A stretch of DNA of 64,000 nt from assembly GCF_902713615.1 (NCBI RefSeq), contig NC_052168.1, forward strand, positions 496,001 to 560,000, written 5' to 3'. Positions 36,721 to 48,341 of the stretch are shown here, piece after piece (positions within the stretch are counted from its first letter, which is position 1; each line of letters starts with the position of its first letter). A program made the translations under genes and the position numbers. This DNA is from Scyliorhinus canicula. Lineage: Eukaryota. The notes under the pieces are model-generated. The model had not been told where the DNA came from. It saw only the letters and a program-made list of their open reading frames with translations, and made no database searches.

Positions 36721-39700
36721 TGGGTGGGGTAGATAGGGACAGGGTGGGGTAGATAGGGACAGGGTGGGGTAGATAGGGACGGGATGGGGTAGATAAGGAC
36801 AGGGTGGGGTAGGACAGGGTGGGGTAGGACAGGGTGGGGTAGATAGGGACAGGGTGGGGTAGATAGGGACAGGGTGGGGTAGATAGGGACGGGGTGGGGT
36901 AGATAGGGACAGGGTGGGGTAGATAGGGACGGGGTGGGGTAGATAGGGACGGGGTGGGGTAGATAGGGACAGGGTGGGGTAGATAGGGACAGGCAGGGGT
37001 AGATAGGGACAGGGTGGGGTAGATAGGGACAGGGTGGGGTAGATAGGGACAGGGTGGGGTAGATAGGGACAGGCTGGGGTAGATAGGGACAGGGTGGGGT
37101 AGATAGGGACAGGGTGGGGTAGATAGGGACAGGGTGGGGTAGATAAGGACAGGGTGGGGTAGATAAGGACAGGGTGGGGTAGATAAGGACAGGGTGGGGT
37201 AGATAGGGGACAGGGTGGGGTAGATAGGGACAGGGTGGGGTAGATAAGGACAGGGTGGGGTAGATAGGGAAGGGGTGGGGTAGATAGGGACAGGGTGGGG
37301 TAGATAGGGACAGGGTGGGGTAGGACAGGGTGGGGTAGATAAGGACAGGGTGGGGTAGATAGGGACAGGGTGGGGTAGATAGGGACAGGGTGGGGTAGAT
37401 AAGGACAGGGTGGGGTAGGACAGGGTGGGGTAGATAGGGACAGGGTGGGGTAGGACAGGGTGGGGTAGGACAGGGTGGGGTAGGACAGGGTGGGGTAGAT
37501 AGGGACAGGGTGGGGTAGATAGGGACAGGGTGGGGTAGATAGGGACAGGGTGGGGTAGATAAGGACAGGGGTGGGGAAGATAAGGACGGGGTGGGTAGAT
37601 AGGGACGGGGTGGGGTAGATAGGGACGGGGTGGGGTAGATAGGGACGGGGTGGGGTAGATAGGGACGGGGTGGGGTAGGACAGGGTGGGGTAGATAGGGA
37701 CGGGGTGGGGTAGATAGGGACAGGGTGGGGTAGATAGGGACAGGGTGGGGTAAATAGAGACAGGGTGGGGTAGATAGGGACGGGGTGGGGTAGATAGGGA
37801 CGGGGTGGGGTAGATAGGGACGGGGTGGGGTAGATAGGGACGGGGTGGGGTAGATAGGGACGGGATGGGGTAGATAAGGACAGGGTGGGGTAGATAAGGA
37901 CAGGGTGGGGTAGATAAGGACAGGGTAGGGTAGATAGGGACAGGGTGGGGTAGATAGGGACAGGGTGGGGTAGATAGGGACAGGGTGGGGTAGATAGGGA
38001 CAGGGTGGGGTAGATAAGGACAGGGGTGGGGAAGATAAGGACGGGGTGGGGTAGATAGGGACGGGGTGGGGTAGATAGGGACGGGGTGGGGTAGATAGGG
38101 ACGGGGTGGGGTAGATAGGGACGGGGTGGGGTAGATAGGGACGGGGTGGGGTAGGACAGGGTGGGGTAGATAGGGACGGGGTGGGGTAGATAGGGACAGG
38201 GTGGGGTAGATAGGGACAGGGTGGGGTAAATAGAGACAGGGTGGGGTAGATAGGGACGGGGTGGGGTAGATAGGGACGGGGTGGGGTAGATAGGGACGGG
38301 GTGGGGTAGATAGGGACGGGGTGGGGTAGATAGGGACAGGGTGGGGTAGATAGGGACAGGGTGGGGTAGATAGGGACAGGGTGGGGTAGGACAGGGTGGG
38401 GTTGATAAGGACAGGGTGGGGTAGATAGGGACAGGGTGGGGTAGATAGGGACGGGGTGGGGTAGATAGGGACAGGGTGGGGTAGATAGGGACGGGGTGGG
38501 GTAGATAGGGATGGGGTGGGGTAGATAAGGACGGGGTGGGGTAGATAGGGACAGGGTGGGGTAGATAGGGACAGGGTGGGGTAGATTGGGACAGGGTGGG
38601 GTAGATAGGGACAGAGTGTGGTAGATAGGGACAGGGTGGGGTAGGACAGGGTGGGGTTGATAAGGACAGGGTGGGGTTGATAAGGACAGGGTGGGGTAGA
38701 TAGGGACAGGGTGGGGTAGATAGGGACAGGGTGGGGTAGATAGGGACAGGGTGGGGTAGATAGGGACAGGGTGGGGTAGATAGGGACAGGGTGGGGTAGA
38801 TAGGGACAGGGTGGGGTAGATAAGGGCGGGGTGGGGTAGATAGGGACGGTGTGGGGTAGATAGGAACGGGGTGGGGTAGATAGGGACGGGGTGGGGTAGA
38901 TAGGGACGGGGTGGGGTAGATAGTGACAGGGTGGGGTAGATAGGGACAGGGTGGGGTAGATAGGGACAGGGTGGGGTAGATAGGGACGGGGTGGGGTAGA
39001 TAGGGACAGGGTGGGGTAGATAGGGACAGGGTGGGGTAGATAGGGACAGAGTGTGGTAGATAGGGACAGGGTGGGGTAGGACAGGGTGGGGTTGATAAGG
39101 ACAGGGTGGGGTAGATAGGGACAGGGGTGGGGTAGATGGGACAGGGTGGGGTAGATAGGGACAGGGTGGGGTAGATAGGGACAGGGTGGGGTAGATAGGG
39201 ACAGGGTGGGGTAGATAGGGACAGGGTGGGGTAGATAGGGACAGGGTGGGGTAGATAGGGACAGGGGTGGGGTAGCTAGGGACGGGGTGGTGGTAGATAA
39301 GGCGGGGTGGGGTAGATAGGGACGGGGTGGGGTAGATCATGGCCAGGGGTAGGGTAGATAGGGACAGGGTGGGGTAGATATGGACAGGGTGGGGTATAGG
39401 GACAGGAGTGTGGGTAGATAGGGACAGGGTGGGGTAGGACAGGGTGGGGTTGATAAGGACAGGGTGGGGTAGAAGGGGACAGGGGGGGGTAGATAGGGAC
39501 GGGGTGGGGTAGATAAGGGACGGGGTGGGGTAGATAGGGACAGGGTGGGGTAGATAGGGACGGGGTGGGGTAGATAGGACGGGGTGGGGTAGATAGGGAC
39601 AGGGTGGGGTAGATAGGGACAGGGTGGGGTAGATAGGGACAGGGTAGGGTAGATAGGGACAGGGTGGGGTAGATAGGGACAGGGTGGGGTAGATAGGGAC

Positions 39701-39739
39701 AGGGTGGGGTAGATAAGGACAGGGTGGGGTAGATAGGGA
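36721..39739. repeat. 20-bp G-rich minisatellite GGGTGGGGTAGATAGGGAC(A/G) with 15-bp variants, about 150 units
   Basis: Direct inspection. Confidence 0.97.
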
Positions 39740-39742
39740 GGA

Positions 39743-39985
39743 TCTGTGTGGAGTCTTCACATTCTCCCCGTGTGTGCGTGGGTTTCCTCCAGGTGCTCCG
39801 GTTTCCTCCCACAGTCCAAAGATGTGCAGGTTAGGTGGATTGGCCATGCTAAATTGTCCCTTTAGTGTCCAAAAAAGGTTAGGTGGGGATACAATGGAGG
39901 TGTGGGCTTGGGTAGGGCGCTCTTTCCAAGGGCTGGTGCAGACTCGATGGGCTGAATGGCCTCATTCTGCACTGTAAATTTTGTA
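39743..39985 (+). mobile_element. 5'-truncated V-SINE abutting the G-rich array
   Basis: V core and GGGCTGAATGGCCTC tail. Confidence 0.88.
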
Positions 39986-40079
39986 ATTATAATCGGCCTT
40001 CCCCCAGTTTAGAACTTTGATCTCAGGCCCATCCTTTTCCTTTTCTATGACAATCTTGAATCTAACAGAGTTATGATCG

Positions 40080-40490
40080 CTGTCTGCAAAATGCTCCCCC
40101 GTTGATACTTAACCACTTACCCACTTATCCAGGCTCCTCCCCTCTCTTGTTGGCCCTTCTACGTATTGGCTTAAAAAGTTCTCCTGGATGCATTTTACGA
40201 ATTCCACTCCCTCAAAACCTTTCACATGATGACTACCCCGATTAATATTGGGACGTTGAAACCCCCCATTATCACCACCCTATTACTTCTCTGAAATTTG
40301 CCTTCATATCTGCTCTTCAATCTCTTTCGGATTGTTAGGGGGCCTGTAGAACATTGCCAGCAATGTGATTGCTCCTTTTGATTTTTAAGTTTTACCCATA
40401 CGACTTCATTTGAAGATCCTTTGAAGATGTTGCCCCTCCTTTACTGCTGTAATTGATTCTATGATCAAAACTGCAACCGCTTCTCCCCCC
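40080..40490 (-). mobile_element. Degenerate CR1 ORF2 endonuclease-region fragment
   Basis: Minus strand reads YRPP and VVIMGGFN..NI-like motifs and GGEAVAVLI. Confidence 0.55.
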
Positions 40491-40495
40491 CCTAA

Positions 40496-40627
40496 NNNNN
40501 NNNNNNNNNNNNNNNNNNNNNNNNNNNNNNNNNNNNNNNNNNNNNNNNNNNNNNNNNNNNNNNNNNNNNNNNNNNNNNNNNNNNNNNNNNNNNNNNNNNN
40601 NNNNNNNNNNNNNNNNNNNNNNNNNNN
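40496..40627. other. Assembly gap
   Basis: N run. Confidence 1.
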
Positions 40628-40700
40628 CCCCCCCTCCCCCCCCCTCCCCCCCCCTCCCTCCCCCCCCCTAACCTCCCTCCCTATCTCACCGGAGGATCCT

Positions 40701-41127
40701 GGGCAGAATTCTCCCAATTTGCTCAACACCAAAATTGGGCACAGTGATTGGGCGGGGAATAGCTCCCAAAGCCAAAATTGCGCAGGCGATGGTGTGGCAC
40801 CGAATCACGATGCTCCGTCCCCTCCAAATCGGCGTCATTGCACCTCGTGTAGTTGCAGCCCCGTTTGCATCTCATTATCAGGCTCACCCACGATGCTGCA
40901 GCTCCGATAGGCCGAGTTTCCGACAGCACCGTCCGCATGTGGTCTCAATGATCGTGAGCCTGTCGTGGTGGCTGGACAGTGTCCAGCACCGGCACACATC
41001 GCCGACAGCGTGCCGCTGGTCGGGGGGCTTCTGCTGGGGCTGGGGGGTGTAGGGGGGGTGCAGGAAGTGGGCTGTGGGGTCGGGTGGACGGGTACGCGGT
41101 CCAGCAGGGCCATCTTTTCGGGCGCGA

Positions 41128-41161
<34 letters not shown>

Positions 41162-42191
41162 GAGGGTGTGTGTGTTGAGTGGGTGTGTGTGTGTGGAGGG
41201 TCTGTGTGTGTGTGTGTGTGGGGNNNNNNNNNNNNNNNNNNNNNNNNNNNNNNNNNNNNNNNNNNNNNNNNNNNNNNNNNNNNNNNNNNNNNNNNNNNNN
41301 NNNNNNNNNNNNNNNNNNNNNNNNNNNNNNNNNNNNNNNNNNNNNNNNNNNNNNNNNNNNNNNNNNNNNNNNNNNNNNNNNNNNNNNNNNNNNNNNNNNN
41401 NNNNNNNNNNNNNNNNNNNNNNNNNNNNNNNNNNNNNNNNNNNNNNNNNNNNNNNNNNNNNNNNNNNNNNNNNNNNNNNNNNNNNNNNNNNNNNNNNNNN
41501 NNNNNNNNNNNNNNNNNNNNNNNNNNNNNNNNNNNNNNNNNNNNNNNNNNNNNNNNNNNNNNNNNNNNNNNNNNNNNNNNNNNNNNNNNNNNNNNNNNNN
41601 NNNNNNNNNNNNNNNNNNNNNNNNNNNNNNNNNNNNNNNNNNNNNNNNNNNNNNNNNNNNNNNNNNNNNNNNNNNNNNNNNNNNNNNNNNNNNNNNNNNN
41701 NNNNNNNNNNNNNNNNNNNNNNNNNNNNNNNNNNNNNNNNNNNNNNNNNNNNNNNNNNNNNNNNNNNNNNNNNNNNNNNNNNNNNNNNNNNNNNNNNNNN
41801 NNNNNNNNNNNNNNNNNNNNNNNNNNNNNNNNNNNNNNNNNNNNNNNNNNNNNNNNNNNNNNNNNNNNNNNNNNNNNNNNNNNNNNNNNNNNNNNNNNNN
41901 NNNNNNNNNNNNNNNNNNNNNNNNNNNNNNNNNNNNNNNNNNNNNNNNNNNNNNNNNNNNNNNNNNNNNNNNNNNNNNNNNNNNCGGGGCTGTAGCCTGT
42001 CAGCCCTGTGGCTGTACAGGACGGTCCTGTCAATCTCCCTCTGTTTTGTGTGTAATTTGCGGGTATTCCATGCGGTGCCGGTGCTAGCCCCTCCCCGGTA
42101 GCCGGATCGGTGCAGGCTTGGTGCCGATTTTACTGTCGTGGAACTCCACAGATTGGCCACCACTTAGATGCAGGAATGGAAAATCCAGCCC
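40701..42191. mobile_element. GC-rich non-autonomous DNA transposon-like element with (TG)n and an internal gap
   Basis: Imperfect TIRs GGGCAGAATTCTCC / GGAAAATCCAGCCC; superfamily (possibly PIF/Harbinger) not established. Confidence 0.5.
41224..41984. other. Assembly gap
   Basis: N run. Confidence 1.
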
Positions 42192-42404
42192 CTGTATCCA
42201 GGAATATTGAGCTGCCAATCCTGATCCTCCCTTAACCATGTCTCAGTGACAGCAATGACATCATATCCCCCATGTTACACCATCCAATCTTGCCAAACGC
42301 TCTCCTGACGTAGCTGCTGTATAACTTCTCTGGCTTCCTGACTCACTTATTGGGCTCGATTCTCCCTAGAAATTCCTAAGTTAATGTGCGGTATTTTTTT
42401 CAGA

Positions 42405-43310
42405 GAGTTTCCTGCCGGCTCTGCCGGTGAATTCCTCATCGCTGTTCAATGTAACTGAGTCCCTTTCTGGTCCTGGGGAGTTTCTCACTGGTTTTGCCCA
42501 TTTCACTGGGGCGCTGAACTCAAGAGATTGGGCCGCCATTTTGAAAGTGAGCGTGTGGGTCCCCCATACCCTCCAACCCATGGGCAATGTCGCCCCCCAC
42601 ACACACATTGACACTACTTCACACCTCCCAAGTGAGGACACCCCACTATGGGATCCCTGTGAGTCCCCCCTTCTTCAGGCCCCCCAAGCCCCCTTACAGC
42701 ACCCCCTCCCTTCTAGGACCCCACCCATCACCCCCAAACCTCCTGGAGGCCCCTACGTACCTTCCCAGCACCCTCACACCCTTCAAAACCCCCCCTCCTC
42801 CATCCTTATTTCATGGGCATGGCCTCCTCACTCCATGGCCCTCGGCAATGCCACCCTGGCACCTAGGCAGTGCTCCTGCTGGCTTGGCAGTCATCTGGGC
42901 ACCTTTGCAGTGCTGTTGCCAGCTTGGCCCTGTCAAGGTGCCCACGTTCCACGGGGAGGGCCAGGGAGCCACCCTGCACTTACCCTGACCACCCAGAGGT
43001 CTCTGATGGCCCTGGAGACACACCCCCCCCCCCCCCAGTACACATTTGTATGGACCAGCACTGATCGCCCAGCTGCAGACTCCCTGTGGAGGCCGGAGAA
43101 TCAGAGGACGCTGTTGGGTCCTATGCAGGTAGGTTGTAAGTAGGTTTACGACCTACGTCCGCGAGCGTCATTCGGTCCCGCCTGTTTGGGGCAGAGAATC
43201 CTGGGAGGCGTGGAGAAAGTTGGGAGGCTCACAGCAGCCTATCCTAGCATCCTCCGCCTATCCCAGCATCCTCCGCCCACGTTGCCCATTGCGCTGTGCA
43301 TCTCCCCCCA
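42405..43310. mobile_element. GC-rich interspersed repeat, probable old DNA-transposon derivative
   Basis: Compositional block similar in style to 1-372 and 40701-42191; termini poorly preserved. Confidence 0.35.
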
Positions 43311-43610
43311 GCTGAACCTTCCCTCCAGACACCCAGCCCCCTGCCAGGTTAGTTTACACCCCAACAGCACCGACAAACCTCCTGAGCAGGGCACTGGGCG
43401 CATTTCGGTTCGAGTGGAGCCTGTCTTGTACAGTGTCTAACATTTCCTTGTCATGAATCATAATTGTAACATCAATGGCCTCGGGCAAGTTTCTATATCC
43501 CTGCTGTAGTTATTTGCATATGTCTTCAGTTCCTCATACCCATTTTATTATACTGACTTAGGATTTATCCAACAATAAGGAAACAGTTGTTTTAAATAAA
43601 AGTCCTTTCT

Positions 43611-43707
43611 TTTTTTTTTAAATTTAGAGTACCCAATTATTTTTTTTCCAATTAAGTGGCAATTTAGCGTGGCCAATCCATCTAGCCAGCACACCTTTGG
43701 GTTGTGG
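43611..43707 (-). mobile_element. 5'-truncated A-tailed V-SINE with TSD
   Basis: Flanked by TAAAAGTCCTTTCT and TAAAAATCCTTTCT. Confidence 0.8.
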
Positions 43708-44068
43708 TAAAAATCCTTTCTTAACAGGGCAAAACAGTGAATATGACATAAGCACAATGGACAGAAAGCTAAATGCTGTGTTTGCAGGACTGAAAAACAA
43801 AGCCAGAAAGTTGGAAATATTCAGCTTGTCTGGCAGCAAGTAGGAGGGAGAAACAGAGTTAACATTTCTCATTGGAGAGATTAAATTACAAAAGCATTGG
43901 TCATGCAAGACTAAAGGGAATGATAATGGCATAAGTAAAGGAATAAAAGATGCGACAAGAGTTGATGTAAGTGGAAAATGCAGAAACATTATTAACGGCA
44001 GCCATGAAACAGAGTGGGTCAGAGGGTGTAAAGTGCCAAAATGAAAGATGAACTGCTGTTCTTCAGAG

Positions 44069-44535
44069 CAAAATACTGCAGATGCCAGAAATCTGAAACC
44101 AAGAGAGAAACTGCTGGAAATACTCAGCAGGTCAGGCAGTATCTGTGCAGAGAAACAGTTCACAGGCAGTATCTGTGCAGAGAAACAGTTCACAGGCAGT
44201 ATCTGTGCAGAGAAACAGTTCACAGGCAGTATCTGTGCAGAGAAACAGTTCACAGGCAGTATCTGTGCAGAGAAACAGTTCACAGGCAGTATCTGTGCAG
44301 AGAAACAGTTCACAGGCAGTATCTGTGCAGAGAAACAGTTCACAGGCAGTATCTGTGCAGAGAAACAGTTCACAGGCAGTATCTGTGCAGAGAAACAGTT
44401 CACAGGCAGTATCTGTGCAGAGAAACAGTTCACAGGCAGTATCTGTGCAGAGAAACAGTTCACTTTTCAGGGTCATCGACCTGAAACATTAACCCTGTCT
44501 CTCCACAGAGAGATCTGCTGAGTATTTGCAGATGT
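44069..44535. mobile_element. Penelope-like terminus (inverted arms) containing a minisatellite
   Basis: AAATACTCAGCAG...TGTGCAGAGAAACAG on the left and CTGTCTCTCCACAGA...CTGCTGAGTATTT on the right; GGTC-atc-GACC-TGAAA hammerhead remnant; related copies at 43810, 56935 and 60843. Confidence 0.65.
44133..44463. repeat. Perfect 30-bp minisatellite CAGGCAGTATCTGTGCAGAGAAACAGTTCA, 11 units
   Basis: Direct inspection. Confidence 0.98.
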
Positions 44536-45119
44536 TTTTTAATTATTGCTGTTCTTTGAGCTTCATTGGAATAGTTTTTGGGAGGCCAGTGTCAGAGAGG
44601 AGAGGAGAATGAAAATTGGAAGCTTGGGTCTTAGCAGTGAACTGCTGAGTGGTCACCCAATCTAATTTTTAGTTTGTAAATGTTGAGACGGTTGACCACC
44701 CCGTGAGCAGCATATACATTTTACTAAATTGAAAGAAGTACTATTAATTCATTGTATCAGCTGGAAGGTGGGTGTGGGCCCTATTCCAATATTTCTCCTT
44801 CTCTGTAATAATAAATAAAAAGGTGCATTGTACCCATTGGCAGCTCCAGCCAGGCCTATTTCTGTTGGAACTAATACCATCAATCCGGTATGCTCGATCA
44901 AATGGATGTTTCAATTATGGCAATATTTCAGACAACCTTATTTTTAAAAAAGGTGATAGTCTGCTTCATGGAACAGTGATTTTGTAACTGGTATCTTTTT
45001 ATTAAACTAAAAAAATACCTTTACAAGAGAATATACCAGATCCCCCCCTTACTCCGTTAGATTGTGGTCACAACTCTATCCATCAGTTATTACATCAGAG
45101 CATTTATAAAGAAAAGTAA

Positions 45120-45520
45120 AATGCAGATTCTGATTTCAATAGAGCTTTTAACAACCACCAAACATCCCAAAATGCTTCACGGCCAATGACATGTTGTTAT
45201 GTTGCGATGTAGGAAAGACAGCAATGTGATAAGATGAGATAATCTGATGATTTATTTTGTGATGTTGATTGACAATGAAATATTGACCAGGACACCAGGG
45301 ACAACTCCCTTGCCCATTGTTGAAAAAGTGACATGCAATCTTTTACATTCACCTCCAAGGAAAGATGGGCCTCTGGTTTCAAGTTTCATCAGAAAGATAG
45401 CAGCTTCAACAGTGTAGTGTTCCCTTGGTACTGCACTGGAGTGTCACTCGATCTTCATACTCCAGTCTGAGGGTGAGACCTTAACTCATAACCTTGTGAT
45501 TCAGAGGGAAGAGCTGACAA
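45120..45520 (-). mobile_element. DeuSINE (SacSINE/AmnSINE1-related) copy
   Basis: Minus strand TGCAGTACCAAGGGAACACTACACTGTTGAAGCTGC...GGTGTCCTGGTCAATATTT resembles the Deu domain as recalled. Confidence 0.7.
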
Positions 45521-46283
45521 TAAGACTGAATTACATGGTGGTATAATTGTTTATTTATCACATACTCTGTGTCCATTTTTCCACTTTTCCTTCAGATGTT
45601 TTTATGTTTCATTAATCTTTCATTTGAGAATGTTTTACAAGTTTTGAGTTTTTTCGCTTAAAGAAAGCAGATGACAGTGGCAGCTGTCAGCGTGAAATGC
45701 CAATGCTTGATGGGAGTCTGCCTGTTGTCAGCCTCCTTGTCCCTTTTTATTAATGTGTTCCATTCTACAGCAGGTGGTTTGAGTCTGTGCAGCAGCTGTT
45801 TGAAATGAAGGGCTGACTGTAAAAAGAATTTCTTCACAATGCCCTGCAGAACTATTCAGTTAGGGTCCAGCTACATGTGCCTTATGCCAAAACGCTCGGA
45901 CATAATGAAACTGCCGCCTTTGTTGAAGGGCCTCTCCAATGTTGTAATGGGAGTTTCAGTAAAGTGGATGTTTGAGAATTTAATAGTGTGCCCATTGTGA
46001 AGGGCATTGAACTGTATAACAGTGGATTCTTTTTCAAACTTGTGCTGTCTTTGAAGCAGAGGCTTTTTGGTTATACGATAGCCGGGTATTCTGGTGGGAC
46101 AGGTCTAGCACAGGAGTCAAGAGCAATTTGAAGCAATTCACTAAAGCATTATGGAACATTATATAGAGTTTTATTTATGTGATTTTTTTTCTGATCAGTG
46201 TGTATGTAAAGCACTTTTTCTATAATGTACTCCAGCTATGATATACCACAATTACATCATACTGTACAAACAAGACATTTAAT

Positions 46284-46587
46284 TAATAATCTTTAATATT
46301 GTCACAAGTAGGCTTACATTAACACTGCAATGAAGTTACTGTGAAAAGCCCCTAGTCGCCACATTTCCAGAGCCTGTTCGGGTACACAGAGGGAGAATTC
46401 AGAATGTCCAATTCACCTAACAGCACGTCTTTCAGGGCTTGTGGGAGGAAACCGGAGCACCCGGAGGAAACCCACGCAGACACGGGGAGAACGTGCAGAC
46501 TCCACACAGACAGTGACCCAAGCTGGGAATCCAACCTGGGACCCTGGAGCTGTGAAGCAACAGTGCTAACCACTGTGCTACCGTGCA
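46284..46587 (-). mobile_element. Full-length V-SINE with ATT-rich tail
   Basis: tRNA head, V core and shared tail. Confidence 0.9.
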
Positions 46588-48139
46588 GCCATAACTAAAA
46601 CCAATTCCATTAACTACACTAACATTCATAGTTTTTAATACCAGGGGTCAACAATACCATCAGTTCCCTGATCATTCAGGGATTTCTACTGCAACATGTA
46701 TTTATATAATGCCGTTAAAATGTCCCATGACAGATTTGGATGTTAAGGCTCCAATCAGATCAGCCACAGTCTTATTGAAAGATCAAGCAGGCTCGATGGG
46801 CCAAATGGCCTTTTCCAGCTCCTATTTCTTGTATGGCTTCACAAGAGCATCATGAAGTAAATTTAACACCAAGCCATAGAAGGAGATACACGGCAGGTGA
46901 CCAAAAGATTATTGTAAAGAGGACAGTTTTAAAATGAGGTAGACTGGCAGAGAGAATTTCCGAGCTTTGGTAGTGTAAGGAAGGCCACTGATTGTGGAAT
47001 GATTGGGGAATGATTGGGGATGTTTAAGTGGCCAGAATTAGATTAGCGCAGATAACTTTGGAGGAATTCTCCTGAATGGAGTTGTTTAAGAGAGAGTCTG
47101 CACTCCTTTAATGAAAACCTAATGATAATATAATAGAGGCCCTATTAATGGGCTGCCTTATGCTATTCTCTATACAGAGAGAGAAAGGTGGGGACACCTA
47201 ACATATCTTTGGCTAACGATCAAAGGAAACTAAATTCAATAGCACCTGAAAATGGGCGTGGGGATCCATAATGAAACAAATGATGTTTCCAAGGAGCTGA
47301 GGTCATGGACATGTGGATAGATGGATGGAAAGAGCAATATTACTGGATAACTAACTGGAAAACCTCAAGAGATCACGAGCCTTTGAGATCAGGATACGTT
47401 GTGAAGTGACCGAATGTAGCTCCTCCCTGATGGCCTGTTTGGTTAAGGAGTTATAGACTAAACCACAATGGCCTAAATGGTTACAAACATGTCTCGGTGT
47501 CGGATTAATTCATTTATTCGAAGAAATCTCAGGTGAATGGAAAACCCTTTCCCCTTACTTGATACTCCTGGTGTTTTTAGTGAATGTTACTTTCCAGTTG
47601 TGTGAAAATTGTCTAAATTTTCCTGGAATGCAAGTCTCCGACTGGTCTGGTGCTGCTTCAGTTTTGACATTTTACTTGTAGCTGTGGCAGAGCTAGGCAA
47701 TAGAGATACTGGCCTGTAATGAAAATCAAGGAGGTAATTGTTGAGGGTAAAAATATAAATTTATTTCACAAACCATTAACAGGCAGATTATTTCTCAGCT
47801 GGCAATCTTCTTGTTATTCTCGTTGTTTCATTGCATCTCCCAATCACTGACTCCCATTTCCTTCTGTCCACTTTCTGCAAGTTAATTGCAGGATTTCTTG
47901 AGGTTGAGAGCAGAAGAAAGAGGCCAAAGGAGAAGGAATAGAAATAACCTGAAAATGTGGTTGTAGCAGCTGGACCCTTAGACCAATATTGTGTTCCTAA
48001 TGAAACAGTACAAACCCATTTCATGTTGAAGTGCATTTTTTCAAACGTATTTACCGGTTCCTGAACTTGTATTTTCTGTATTCGCTCAGATGTGCTGTGC
48101 TGCCCTCCAAGTTGTAGCTTGGAGACCCTCACAGTTAAA

Positions 48140-48341
48140 ATTGAGACAGCCGGCTGGAGCGAGGGCGGAAGCCCTGACCATGACTCTGACACAATGAGTG
48201 ATTCACTGGAGAAGAGTTTGGACAGTGAAGCAGAGGGAGTGTGGAGTCCTGACATCGAGCAGAGCTTCCGGGAAGCATTAGCCATCTACCCACCATGTGG
48301 CCGGCGGAAAATTATCCTATCAGATGAAGGAAAAATGTACG
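48140..48341 (+). CDS. TEAD1/TEAD2: TEAD/TEF-1 family transcription factor, first coding exon (exon 48090-48341, inferred AUU start at 48140); TEAD1-like in sequence, TEAD2-like in synteny
   Basis: [68 protein letters not shown], the start of the TEA domain; acceptor ttcgctcag ending 48089; donor G|gtgagt in phase 1 at the conserved MYG junction. Confidence 0.95.

Noticed and set aside
30236-39847. Long Pro/Gly/Trp-rich ORFs (PGPLDP.., YPTLSLSTPP..)
   Set aside because: Minisatellite translations, not collagen or extensin genes
33900-42163. ORFs containing long X runs
   Set aside because: Artefacts of reading through N gaps
47788-48285. 165-aa ORF antisense to the TEAD exon
   Set aside because: Shadow ORF with no homology or supporting signals
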